Shown in pieces: positions 49,401 through 61,686 of a stretch of 64,000 nt of DNA (positions are counted from its first letter, which is position 1; every line of letters begins with the position of its first letter). The stretch is taken from NCBI GenBank assembly GCA_031835245.2, contig JAVKOQ020000029.1, positions 1 through 64,000 on the forward strand, given 5' to 3'. The stretch comes from Balamuthia mandrillaris (lineage: Eukaryota). Below the pieces are notes generated by a model that had not been told where the DNA came from, made no database searches, and worked only from the letters and a program-made list of their open reading frames with translations. The position numbers and the translations under genes are program-made.

Positions 49401-50680
49401 TTAGAGATAGTGATAACTGAACACGATGTAAAGAACGAGAAAGCAAACCACAAAGAGAGTCAACCCTGTGTACATAAACAACATGATACGGTGAAAGCTT
49501 GCTCTCTTCCGCTCGTTCACAAAGACGCTGTCTTGCAACTCGATGTGTCTTCGACGCCGTTCTTCTTCTCCTTTCTTCCTCTCTGTCTCTCCCTTCATTC
49601 TCTTGTGAAGATTGTTATCTTCATCGTCATCATCTTCTTCTTCGCTATCATCGAGAGTGAAGATGGCATTCATTTCCAGTTCTAAAGGTCTCTGGAGAGC
49701 CTCGAGAGGGTTCTCTTTGAAGTAAGGGTGTCGCCGAAGAGTGTTCCACTCGTAAAAAGTGATGAGGGCAAAGGCTAGAAGGAGGAGAATGCTGTAACTG
49801 GCCCAGGCCACCGCATCCACCGGAAGGACGTGCATGTTCAGCTGTCGGAGGCCGAGAGCGATGGTCACAACTGCCAGCAGCATCATCAAGCGTCCCAACC
49901 AACGATGGGGCCGATGATACTTTGTGCTTCGCTAACATTTTGCATGGTCAGTCTTGCTCTCATTCTCTTTTCTCTAGGTTGTTCTTCTTTCCGTTCTCTG
50001 CCCTCTGTTCTTATTCTCCTTATTCTCAGTTTCTCTGTTCTTTCTCAGTTTTCGTATTGCCTTCTCTTCTCATCATTCTGTTACTCTTCCTTCCTTCCTC
50101 TCTCAATGCTCTCTCTCTCTCTCTCTTGTCGGTTGGGAGAAGCTTACTTTGTGCCTTAGATAGCCACGATGGGCTAGCAGTCCCAACAGCGGCTGCGCCA
50201 CAGCCAGCACCAGCAGCAAGATGCCGGCCCAATGGTGCACGCCCTTGGCATGGCCATGCCACCCTTGGTCATAGGCGATGTGCGCCACGATCATGACCGC
50301 TGACAACAAACTGAGGAGCAAACCCGTGGCTTGCAGCCACGCGTGCTTTGGAAACCAATTGGCAAAAACTGGGTAGCAGATTGACGATTGATGATTACTT
50401 TTTTTTCTACACTGGAAGAGGGTGTATGTGCATGTTTTTTTTTTTCATAAACGAGCAGTGCACCAAAAAAAATGAACAAACCTTGAGTTGGAGGTAATTT
50501 GAAGTATCGACCGATGATGGAGCCAACGTTCAAGAAGAATCCCCAGGCCAGCAGCATGGTCACCCCGTGGAAGATGACCACGCTATGTTGTGCTATCAAG
50601 GGTGCGTCCCCATGTCCTCCTCCTCCTTCATCTTCTTCATGGTGGCCTTCATGCCTCTCTTCTGCTGCAAAAAACTCCAT
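49401..50680 (-). CDS. Cytochrome b561 domain membrane protein, multi-exon
   Basis: Four heme-ligand His motifs: FHGVTMLLAWG, WFPKHAWLQ, HHWAG and HRWLGR. Confidence 0.85.
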
Positions 50681-50976
50681 TTCTCTTTTCGTTTTTTTCA
50701 CGTTATTCAAAAAAAGAAAATTGCTCATTAAATAAGGAATAATGAAAAAATACCGAAAATTGAGAGAAAATTGATGTTGGCTGCGGAGCACCGCGCGAGC
50801 ATCTTTTGTGGTCGAAATGACCACAGGTAAAGTGCTTCCTTGACAAATGCACGTCATACCCTGCAATAAATGACCTTCAATTGTGCACCAGGGGAGCTGT
50901 ATTTTTATGAGGGGTCGTTTCTTAAGACTTGAAAAATTTCCCATTGAACAAACAAAAAAAAAGAAACGACAGAATA

Positions 50977-52236
50977 ATGGAAGGAGTTTCAGCACGCCGC
51001 AAGTTTTTGAAGCTTGCCGAGGAGGAAGCCCCTCCTCCTCCTCCCCCGCCTTCTTCTTCTTCTTCTTCTTCTTCTTCAGGGGAGGGCTTTGTATGTCCGT
51101 TGATACGACCCCAAAAGCCACAGAAAGAAGAGGCAGAAGATGAAAACGTCCTCTCGGAGAAAACGCTGAGATTGCTGCAAACCGTGAGAGAGGGGATCAT
51201 CGGCGGCGATGAGGTCTTCAAGGGACCCTACGGCGAGCGGCTCATCCAGTACTGCGACTACACGGCCTCCGGCAAGGCCCTGGACTTTATCGAGCGCTAC
51301 ATCCAACAAGAGGTCCTCACCATGTACGCCAACACGCACACGGGCACCTCCATCACCGGCCTTCAAACCAGTTTGTTTCGTAGCGAGGCCCGCATGATCA
51401 TCGAAAGGTTTCTCTCTCTCTCTCACTATCTTTGTTTGCTTAACGAGCCCATGACCCTTTTTTGTTTTGGGTTTTTTTGTTTGTTTACAACAGGGCGATC
51501 AATGCGCACAACAAAGCTGGCACTGATAAAGACATTTTGGTGTTTACTGGCAGCGGAGCTACTGGTACTTGCTTCTCTCTCTCTCTCTCTCTCTCTGGTT
51601 TTGTTTTTGGTTTGGTTTGGTTGTTTCTTGTCTTCTGGTTTTATGTGCATAATAACAAACTTTTCCTTCTGCTTGACGATAACAAAAAAAAAAAAAGGTG
51701 CTATCACTAAGCTGGTGCAGATACTAGGCCTCACTCGCACCACTCACACTGTTGTAGAAAGTACTCTTTCGCTTCTCTCTCTCTCTCTCTCTCTCTCTCC
51801 ATTCTCTGTTCTCTTTACCACTGCCTTTTTTTTAACCAACTCTTTCTCTCCATTTACTTAATGCGTTCACTTGATGCACTCCAAAGCTACAGACCGACCA
51901 GTTGTATTTGTGGGACCTTACGAGCATCACTCCAACCTTTTGCCATGGAGGGAGTCCATTTGTGAGGTTGTGGAAATAGAAGAGAGCAATGATGGAACGG
52001 GTGCCATGGATTTGGCTGATTTGGAACGCAAGTTGGTGCAATACACAGATAGAAAGTTAAAAATGGGCTCTTTCTCTGCTGCCTCCAACGTTACCGGCAT
52101 TCTGACTGATACCAACAAAGTCAGCGCATTGTTGCACAAATATGGAGCTCTTGCATTTTGGGATTATGCATCAGCCGCTCCCTACGTGAAGATCGATATG
52201 AATCCTGTTGTACCTGGCCCAGAAGGTTCCTCTCTC

Positions 52237-52271
<35 letters not shown>

Positions 52272-54374
52272 CTCTCTTGTCGTTTCTTTCTAACCTCTCA
52301 ACAATTTAAAAAACAAACAGGTCATTTGGTTCATAAGGATGCTATTTTCATTTCGCCACACAAGTTTATAGGAGGAGTGGCCACACCAGGCATTCTAGTG
52401 GCCAAGAAGCGTTTGTTCTCGAACAAGGTTCCTTCATGTCCTGGCGGAGGCACTGTTTTCTTTGTGACCGACAAGGATCACCGCTACGTCAAAGAGAGAG
52501 TTGAGCGAGAGGAAGGAGGCACCCCAGGTTAACTTTCTCTTGAACTCTTGACTTCTGTTCTGTGCTTTTTTTTTTTGCTTTTTTGCTTTTTTTGCTTTTT
52601 TTGCTTTTTTTGCTTTTTTGCTTTTCTTATGATCTTTTTCTTGTTTCATACATAGATATTGTGGGATCCATAAGAGCAGCCCTGACTTTTCAGCTCAAAG
52701 AGGCAATAGGAACTCAAGCAATCCAACACTTGGAGAACAAGTATTGCGAAATGGCGATGACCTCCTGGAAGAATAACCCAAATATTTATCTGTTGGGCAG
52801 CTTGAATGCCCATCGTCTGCCTATCATGTCGTTCATGATTGTGTGTGAGGACAGATTTTTGCATTATCACTTTATCGCCATCTTGTTGAATGATCTGTTT
52901 GGAATTCAGGCTCGAGGAGGCTGTGCTTGTGCTGGTATCTCCTTTCTCCTTTCTGCTTCTCTTTATTGTGAGTTGGAAAACTAACCTCGCTATTAGGACC
53001 TTACGCACAGGCGTTACTTGGCATTGACTACCCTCTTGCAAAGAAATTGGAAAAGATGCTATTAGCTAAAGATGAACATGAGGTTACTTGAGTTCCTCTT
53101 TTTTATTTATTATGCTTTCTTATCACTTTATTTTCAAATGTATTTACTTTACTATAGTTTGTGCGGCCAGGTTTTGTCCGCCTAAACTTCCATTACGCGA
53201 TGACAGAGAAAGAAGTGCAGTACGTCATTGATGCGGTAAACTTTGTGGCTGAACATGGATGGAAGTTCCTCTCTCATTACACTTTTTACCCAGAGACTGG
53301 AGAGTGGGTCCATCAACACAACAAAAAGTTTTTGGAAAGGAGGTATTACTTTCCCCTCTTTAGTTTGTTTTTTCTGTGTGTTTTATGTCTTTTCTCTCTA
53401 CTGTTTGTTTCTTCTCTAATTCTTTCATCTGTTTCTGTTTCTGTTTCTGTTCTGTTCTTTGTTGCTTTTGCGGTTGAAAGGTGGTTAGGCTCCATAACAT
53501 ACAGAAATGGTGCTATGGAGTATCCATCAAAGCACAAGAGCTTGAGTGGTGGAGAAGCAACGAAAGAAGAATCATTCGAGCGATACTTGAACGAAGCTAA
53601 ACTATTGGCGGAGAGCATTTCAGAAGAATATAGCGAGTCAGGCTCTTCCATAAAATCAAGAAAAGAGGTAAAAACGAAAAGGAGCAAGTTTTTTATAGAG
53701 TTGCCTCTCTTTTTCTTACCTTCTTTTCTTCTGTTCTGTAGGCATCACAAACGGGCACTAAACAGAAAGCCATTGAACAATCTTTAATTCTAGACGATGA
53801 AGAGGACAAACTGCGATGGTTTATGTTACCTGCCGAAGCTATTCGCCGACTTCAGGCCCGCAACAACGACGTCTCTTTTCCCCCTGTAAGTCATTTGTTG
53901 GGGATGTCTCCATTCAAACCGAACGATTTTCTCGACCGAGTCACAGAATTACTTCAACAACAGAGTAAGGCTAACAACACCGAAGACAAAGCGTCCAATG
54001 AAGCAGTTGCAAAAGATGAAGAAAAAACTTACGACAAACAAGAACAAGAAGCACAACAAAAGGAAGAACAAGAAGATGAAGATAGTGGTTTACTGTTCTT
54101 GGATGTAGACGCAGATGTGGAGGAGCAAGCAGCCAAAAGAGAAGAGAGGAAAAAACGAGCGGCGGCAGCTGGATTCTTCAAGAAAAGAAGGAAGAACAAA
54201 CTGCAGCAACAAAACGGAAAGTCGTCTATCATTAGCGGCGATTCATCTTCCGAACCTCCTCCTCTCTTCCCACCCATTCCTCCAAAGCTGTTACGCATCA
54301 CGCTGAAAGCCATCTCCGAGTTTGGCATGATCAACGAAGGAGATAAAGTTTTGCTTGGTCTTAGCGGAGGGTTT

Positions 54375-54418
<44 letters not shown>

Positions 54419-55428
54419 CGTTTTCATTTTGATTCTCGTTTAGCTTTTATCTTCCGTTTCCTTTTCTTCTTCTAATCTTCGACGTACAGCAAAGATTCTC
54501 TCTCCCTCCTACACACATTGCACGCCATTTCACAACGACCCGACTTTCCCTCCTTCTCTTTGGGTGCCTGCACTATCGATCCGCAGGACCAATCCTACGA
54601 TCCCTCTCCTCTAATAGACTACATGCGAACGCTTGGCATTCCTTACTTCTTTGAGTCGCAAGGTCTTATAGAGCAAGCCAAGTGCTATGGACCTACCTCC
54701 ATTTGCAGCTGGTGTTCTCGCATGAAGAGAGGCCTACTGTACAGCTGCGCGCGAAGAGAGGGATATAACGTCCTTGCTTTGGGTCAACATTTGGTTTGTC
54801 TCAGCGTTAGCTTCTTTCTTCCTTTTCTTAACTTTTTTTTCTTTGACAGGATGACCTAGCAGAGAGCTTCATGATGTCCGCTCTTCACAACGGGCAACTG
54901 CGCACCATGAAAGCCTGTTACATGAACGACGCGGGAGACATTCGCATTATTCGTCCTTTTGTTTACGCGCGAGAGAGGACTCTTCGCGATTTCGCGCTGC
55001 AAAGCCGCTTCCCGGTCATCTCAGAGAACTGTCCGGGTTGCTTCGAGCAGCCCAAGGAGCGGTATCGCGTGAAGCAGCTGTTGACGACGCAGGAGCATCT
55101 CTTCCCCAACGTTTATTCCAACCTTTTGCGAACTATGAAACCACTTTTGGAGATGGGAAGCGAGAAGATGAAGCAGAACGAAGGAGGGGAGAATGCGGAT
55201 GAGGCGGTGCAAGCAGAAGGAGGAGAAGCAAGAGTCGTGGACGCTCGAACAGCCAAGAAGAAGAGACAGATGGCAAAACAACAACGTGGTGGAGGAACGA
55301 AGAAAACGGAGAAGGAGAAGGAGAAGGAGAAGGAGAAGGAGAAGGAGATGGAGATGGAGATGGAGATGGAGAAGGAGATGGAGATGGAGAAAGAAAAGGA
55401 GAGAGAAAAGGAAGAAGAACAGAAATGA
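50977..55428 (+). CDS. Fusion of class-V PLP cysteine desulfurase-like domain and TtcA-type PP-loop tRNA thiolase; multi-exon
   Basis: N-terminal DYTASG, HHSNLLPW, SNVTG, SPHKF, EEGGTP, RGGCACAG/PY and RPGFVRLNF. The linker exon from 53742 is open through LRWFMLP to SG/GKDS, followed by CSWCSRMKRG, ALGQHL/DDLAES, IIRP and ENCPGC. Confidence 0.88.
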
Positions 55429-55598
55429 CTCCTCAGTTCAGATTGACTGTTTAATTCATTAATTTGGACCAATCGGCATTAAGCAATGCTTTTCCTTATT
55501 TTTCCTTTTTGTAATCAATGATTGGGGTTGACAAGGAAAACACCCCAACAACATTTCCCATTCGCTAAACAACGCAGAAGAAGAAGAAAAAAACATCG

Positions 55599-56835
55599 AT
55601 GGAAAGGAACAAGACGAAGCGATGGAAGAAGGATCAAGAGGGGACAGAGGCACAGAGGAAGAAAGACAGCAGAAGAAGAAAGAAGAAGACCGTTCGCAAC
55701 GCAGGAACCACGGTGGTGCATCGAACGAGAAGAAAAACATGGGGCGGTCTCTCTCGTTCTCTTCGCCACAGCAGCGCGTTTGTGTTGCGTGACCTTGCGA
55801 AAACCTCTTCTTCCATAAGAAGGGATTCAGATCTGAAGCGAGACGATGAAGAGGACGAAGGAGAAGAAGCAGACAAACAGTTTCTTCGACATTTGAGAGA
55901 AGGACAGTTGAAGGCGCAACAACAACAACAATGTAAAGATAAAGAAAAAGATGACAACAAAATAACGAGAGCAGAAGAAAGAAGAAGACGATGGAAAGAA
56001 GAAGAAGCGAACAAAGAGAACGAACTGAAAGGAAGCGCTGGCCTCTATCAAATGCTTCGGAGAGGATATCTCTTATCTCTTCAACAGCAACTACCCCAAA
56101 CAAAATGCTCAAAACGGGAAGACAAATCACCACCAGGTCAACAAGAAGAAGTAACAACAAACCAAAAAGCAAAAGAAAGACCGAAAGAAGAGGTGGGAGA
56201 TGAGAAAGAGATAAAAACTTGCAGCATAATGACGTATAACACAGTTTTACCCATTCGTTGCAACGTCAGAAGACACAGTTTAAGCGAATTGGAAGATGCA
56301 GAAGACAGGAAGAGGAAGCGGAAGCAGAAGATGATGGCAGAGGCAGTCACGTATTGCAATCGCGTCAGCGATGAACTGTATCAAAGGGCAGGAGGGCGAC
56401 TGTATATCCTTTCATTTGAATGTCATAACCAAGACGATGAACGGCTTTGTGACTTCATCAAACCACAACTACAGCATGACGTGCAAGAACCTGAAGAAGA
56501 GCAAGAAGAGGAAGAAGAAGGTAGAAGAGGTTTCGTTGTGAGAGTGAGATGGGCTTTACCGGTGGACCTTGGAGGTAGCTCTCGCATTCTTGTCACTCGT
56601 GCCTTTTTTTTTCTTATTGGTTTGTTTGCTTGTTTGTGACACAGGGGATACATCACAAGCAGAAAGCTTGGCAGAGTGGCTTCAAGCACACGTTCCACCG
56701 GAAGACCCTTCGCTCGTGGAAAGCCGGATGGGAGTCTTTCACGAGGTCGACTTGTGCCAATATCAGGCACGAATGCGAGCACTGTGCCAGCGACATCCGT
56801 TGCTCCCACCCACCACTCACGGACTCTTCCCATAA
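55599..56835 (+). CDS. Hypothetical protein (charged N-terminus, probably 2 exons)
   Basis: 346-aa ORF with a plausible GT-AG intron at about 56575-56644 joining a last exon (DTSQAESLAEWL...GLFP*). No family recognised. Confidence 0.6.
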
Positions 56836-57203
56836 GATGTTATGCCCATTCTTCGTGCCCTAGGTCACCCCACAAACGGAACGTGTTTGAAGACAAAGAC
56901 TATTTCGTGATCTCTCATAATTAAAGCCAATTGCTGCGAAACAAACCACAGCAAATAACGTCCAGTGCCATGTGAGATGAGCCACACTAAGGGGTGCTGG
57001 ACACTTTTCAAAATAGCGTGAGCCTAGACCCCTCCACCCAACCAGGTTCATAGAATATAATTACCGTTTTTCCGCCTTTTCCTTCTTCCTTTTCTTCCTA
57101 TTTCCGCCCCAAAATACTATAGCGGGGAGAGGGAGGGATATCTTTTCTTTTCAGTCATTATTTTTTGTTTTAAACAAAGAGACGTTGAAGAATAAAGCAA
57201 GGA

Positions 57204-57863
57204 ATGAGCCAAAGTGACACGAGGTGCGGCAGCGTCCTGCCTCGTCGGCTGGACGTTCGCCCCGTCTCTCCCTCCAACCTGGACCAGCTGCACGCCCTCA
57301 TCCTGGAGTTTGCTCGCTCCACCAACTACCAGCCGCCGAGCGGGGCCACCCTCTGCACCCGCCAAGGCCTGGCCAAGCACCTCTTGGGTCCCAAGCCCAA
57401 GGCCCTGGCCTTCCTCTTCTACTACCACGGGGAGCCGGTCGGCTACGCCACGGCCTACTTCAGCTTTCGCACCTTTCGTGGCCAGGCCCTCCTCGTCGGC
57501 GAGGACGTCTACGTGAGGCCCCAGTTCCAGCAACAAAAGTTCGGGTTGGAGATCCTGGCCTTCCTGGCCAAGCTCTCCAGGGATGAGGGCTGCGAGACCT
57601 CGAGGGGCGGGACGGAGAACGACAACGAGGCCATGAAGCAGTGCTTTCGGTGTGTGGGTAGCCATGAGGTGTCGGGGCCGGCCGACCCGGCCAAGAGGCA
57701 GGTTTATTTTGGGCTGGAAGGAAAGGACAGGGATCGGTTTATTGAGAGGTTTTATCCTTCTTCCACTGCTTCTTCCACTTCCACTTCTTCTTCTTCTTCT
57801 TCTTCTTCTCCTTTGGAAGCGAGCTCACAGCCAGAAGCACCAAAGCAAGTTGCTCGGTTGTGA
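57204..57863 (+). CDS. GNAT acetyltransferase, SSAT/diamine acetyltransferase-like, intronless
   Basis: VRP..DQLHALILEFA, VGYATAYFSFRTFRG and EDVYVRPQFQQQKFG..LAKL...GC. Confidence 0.8.
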   Translation: MSQSDTRCGSVLPRRLDVRPVSPSNLDQLHALILEFARSTNYQPPSGATLCTRQGLAKHLLGPKPKALAFLFYYHGEPVGYATAYFSFRTFRGQALLVGEDVYVRPQFQQQKFGLEILAFLAKLSRDEGCETSRGGTENDNEAMKQCFRCVGSHEVSGPADPAKRQVYFGLEGKDRDRFIERFYPSSTASSTSTSSSSSSSSPLEASSQPEAPKQVARL

Positions 57864-57932
57864 TCTTTTTTTTTTGTCTGTGTCATATTAGCCGTAGTGT
57901 GAGCTTTTGTGCATTTTGTTTTTGTTGTTTTT

Positions 57933-60170
57933 TTATAATAGCAACATTTGTTGTTCCTTCAATGACTGTTTGGCTTTTGCTTGCTTATCTTCGTCCTCAT
58001 CGTCATCATCATCCTCATCATCATTGCTCACATGCTCGTTTTCTAGTTCTAGTTCTAGTTCTTGTTGTTGTTGTTGTTGTTGTTCTTGTTCTTCTTGTTC
58101 TTGTTCTTGTTCTTGTTCTTGTTCTTGTTCTTCTTCTTCTTCTTGTTCTTGTTCTTGTTCTTGTTCTTGTTCTTGTTCTTCTTGTGCTTCTTCTATTGTC
58201 GTTGCTTTTTCTTCTAGTCTTTCTTCTTGTTTTGGTTTTAGTCTATATTCTTGTCGTTGTAGCTCTTGCTGTAGTTCTCTTTGTAGTTGTTCCTCGCTTG
58301 TTGGCCGCTCTATTGACAACATCCTCAAGAGGGCCACATGCAAGTCATCGTATCGCAGCTGACCTCGGTATGCTGTCTTGACGACGTTGGTAAAAACGTT
58401 TTGATCTTCTTCGGGTTTGCTGTTTCGTTGCTTTTGGCTCGTTGGAAAGAGGAAACGAATGGCTGGAACAGCTGAAGACTCGCGAAACTCGACTGGCAGT
58501 TCGTTACGGCTGATGTCAAACGTGGCAATCTGCACGTTTTCGTTAAGTTCAAAGGCGACTGCTAACTTGTCCAGCATCATTTGCAACGTCATACATGCCC
58601 CACAAACTGGTGAAGATATAGTGAGAAAAGTATAACGAAGAAGGAAGGGGAAGCGACAGACAAACTTAGAGTACGTACAAGGTCGAATGAATGCCAGCAA
58701 AATAACTTTAGGGGGATGTTCAGCAAGCACAATATTCTTAAGAGTGTTGCTTGTCATCGCTGTAACATGACCAGGCACAGCAAGACTATCTGTAGAAGGA
58801 GAAGAAGGAGCTGAAAAGGAAGAAGGTCGCACTTGTCCAGCTAAAACGTCACCACAAAATTGGGCAACGGTCGGAAAGTCAAATGGAGATTCCATCGAGT
58901 AGGAGGAAGGAGCAGGTACAAAGCAAAGCTCCGAAGCCACATCCACAAAAGCAAAAGTGACAGAGCCACTTTCTAATCCTAAACTCTCCATCAATCTAGT
59001 ATAAGTACTTTTTTTGAAATGAGATGTTAGTTTGAGAGAGCGAGAGAGCGAGAGAGCGAGAGAACGTACTTGTCTACAACATAAACATTCAAACGTCCAA
59101 CAAACGCTTTGAAGACCTCAATTACTTCAGAAAGAAGGAGCAATTTGGCGTCATCGTTGGTTATATCTAGAAAGAAGAGAAGGCTTGGTTTGTTCCTGTA
59201 CGTCATGAGTTGGAAGAAGTTCTGTTCAACTAACAGTTTAACCTGTTTAGTTTAAAGTGAGTGAGAAGAAAAAGAGAGCGACAAAGAGAAGGACACGAAG
59301 AAGCAAAGATCTTACAATAGGTGGATTGTGGTAGAGCCATTGGCTCAATGCTGCTTGAAACTTCTCTCTCTTTAGAGCGAATAGCTTATTTTCTCGTAAC
59401 TGCTCTGCTAAGGTTTTCTTCGCTTCATTTAGCCTGTTTAATGCAGATGCCATTTGCTTTTCTCGTTCGTCTATCTTCGCAACTAGTTCTATCTCCTTGG
59501 CATGCACGAGTTGCGCCTCTTTCGCCCCTTCTTTGTGTATTTCGGTTTTTGGGTCCTTTAGTGCTTCATGTGTTGCATCTTCTGCAATTGTGTGTTTAAA
59601 ATCTTTTTCTGTAGATGTAATATCCTCCTTCGGTTGACCGAATGGTTCCAAAAGAGGTGGAGGAGGAGAAGATAATGAAGAAGAAGAAGAAGAAGAAGTT
59701 GAAGAGGTCGTTGAGCCTCTAGGAGTAGAAGAATAAGAAGAAGGGGAAGAACCGTCTTCCAGTTCTTGTAGGGAAGATAGAGAAGGCCACTGAAAGATAG
59801 AGTGTGGCAGAACATGCTGCAACAAAATTACTAGGGGTTGACGCTTATCCTTTGTGCCGTTTTCAACTTCCATCCTTTGTTTTCTCTCTTCCTCTTTTAG
59901 CTGCTGCAACGCTGCCATAACATTCCTTGCGAGGCCTGGTCTTAACATTGTAAACTTTCTCTGTGCAATTGGGAGGTTTTTCATCACCATCAGTTGCGAT
60001 GTCGTTAACTGTTCATTCGAGTGTCGGGCTATGTGAGTCAGCAAAGTGGAGAGGGGTACAGTTGTTGACAAGATAGTCACGTTGTGGAAGGTGGAAGCTG
60101 TCTCGCTCAATGCTCGATATTCTATTGGCCCAAATAATAGTGTAAGCCTCTCGCTCTCTCGCGCGCGCTT

Positions 60171-60202
<32 letters not shown>

Positions 60203-60203
60203 A

Positions 60204-60242
<39 letters not shown>

Positions 60243-61410
60243 TGCTCCTCTGCAAGAACAAAACGAACCAATAGAAGTATCAAAGGAAGTATCGTCGCTG
60301 GGAAAGACCGCTAAAACTACTTGTTCGCGGATGAGAAGAGAACGATAAAGTTGCTCCAATAGTTCCTCCACAACTGATGATGCCTCTCCTTCAAAATGAG
60401 GTATTGGTATAAGCTCTCTGAAAGAAAAGAAATAACGTTTTGTGCTTGAGAAAGAGAAAGTGAAAGACAGCGGAGAGAGGAGAGGAGAGAGGGAACCTCA
60501 TGATAAATCGTTTAAGGTAATAAGGATCATCACTACCACCATAGCTTGCCGATGATATTTCCCCGCTCCCCTGCCGCAGTCTTTTTGGCATAAAATCAAT
60601 GATTGAAAGGTAATGAGAGTGAAAAAACTGCAATAGAAGATGTATAGGCAAAAGATGATGGAGGAGGAAAAGCAGATGGAGATGAGATGAAGGAATGGAA
60701 AGAGCAACAAACTTCATCATATAGTAAGCCGGCAACCTCCAGGAAAAGAACTTGGAATAGGCCCACAACTCTGCAAAAATGTTGACCCTTCCAAAAGCTA
60801 TAGGCTTTATCAAATTTTCCTCTTGTCGTACCTCTTGTTCCTGTCCTCTTTCTCCTCCTTCGTCTCCACCAAAGCGAAACGCCAATGAAGGCGCCAAACG
60901 ACCGGCCGCTACTTGCGTTTTTAGCTCCGTGTCAACCGCTGCTGCCAACAGCTCAAAGGAGGAGAGGAGGCTGTGAGCTTCCGGCAAATGTGTGGCATAG
61001 AGTTGCACAAAGACGAAACTATGGTTTTGCAGAGTGGAAAGAAAGTTGTTGGCAGTTATTTCGATCACTTTGGTGCTGCTGTCTTCGGTGTCTTCATCGT
61101 AATTTTTGTCGACACTCTCGAACCTGTTGTGAACTGCTTCCTCTTCTTGCTCGAGTTGAATGTGTGAAGGAGGAGGAGGGGTAGAAGGAGGAGGAGGAGC
61201 AGAGGAGGCAGAAGCGACCGCGAAAAAAGGAAACAGAATCAAAAGAGCACAAAGGGTCACCCGGAGCGTCTCTGCGAATGTGGAGCGAACAGGCAGGTTG
61301 CTTCCACCATGCCGATGAAGCTTTTTCAAGGTCCGTCGTTGACCGTCTTGCGCTACGCTAGCCTTCATACCCCATGAGTCCTCCTCGTCTTCGCCCCTTC
61401 GCTTGCTCAT
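57933..61410 (-). CDS. Protein disulfide isomerase-like multi-thioredoxin protein, atypical; multi-exon
   Basis: Hydrophobic signal/anchor. First Trx-like domain VIEITANNF..FVFVQLYA..FGRVN lacks CxxC. Last domain has P/FCGAC..LDKLA..VQIATFDISRNE..VPAIRF, then an acidic tail. Confidence 0.75.
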
Positions 61411-61686
61411 CCTTCTTCCCTTCCTTCACTCCCTTTTTTGTTTTATACCTTCCATTTTTAGTAAGAATTCCCCTGTCGACAAATAGTGACGTTAGCTTTC
61501 TCCTTTGATGTAATATCATGACGTGGTATATGTCGACACAGGGTTAAATTGTCACCTTCCAAAAATGGGTTGCGCGACCCTCCAGGCGTTTATCTCAAAG
61601 AGGCAAAAATGCCGCCGCATTTTTTTTTTTGCTTTTATTTGGTTTAAACCTCGGCAGTCGAACCCGGACGGAAAACAATAACGGGA

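Noticed and set aside
57860..58381. Hydrophobic VLVLVL and Cys-rich CSCSCS ORFs on the plus strand
   Set aside because: Antisense readings of the EQEQEQ acidic tail of the PDI-like gene.
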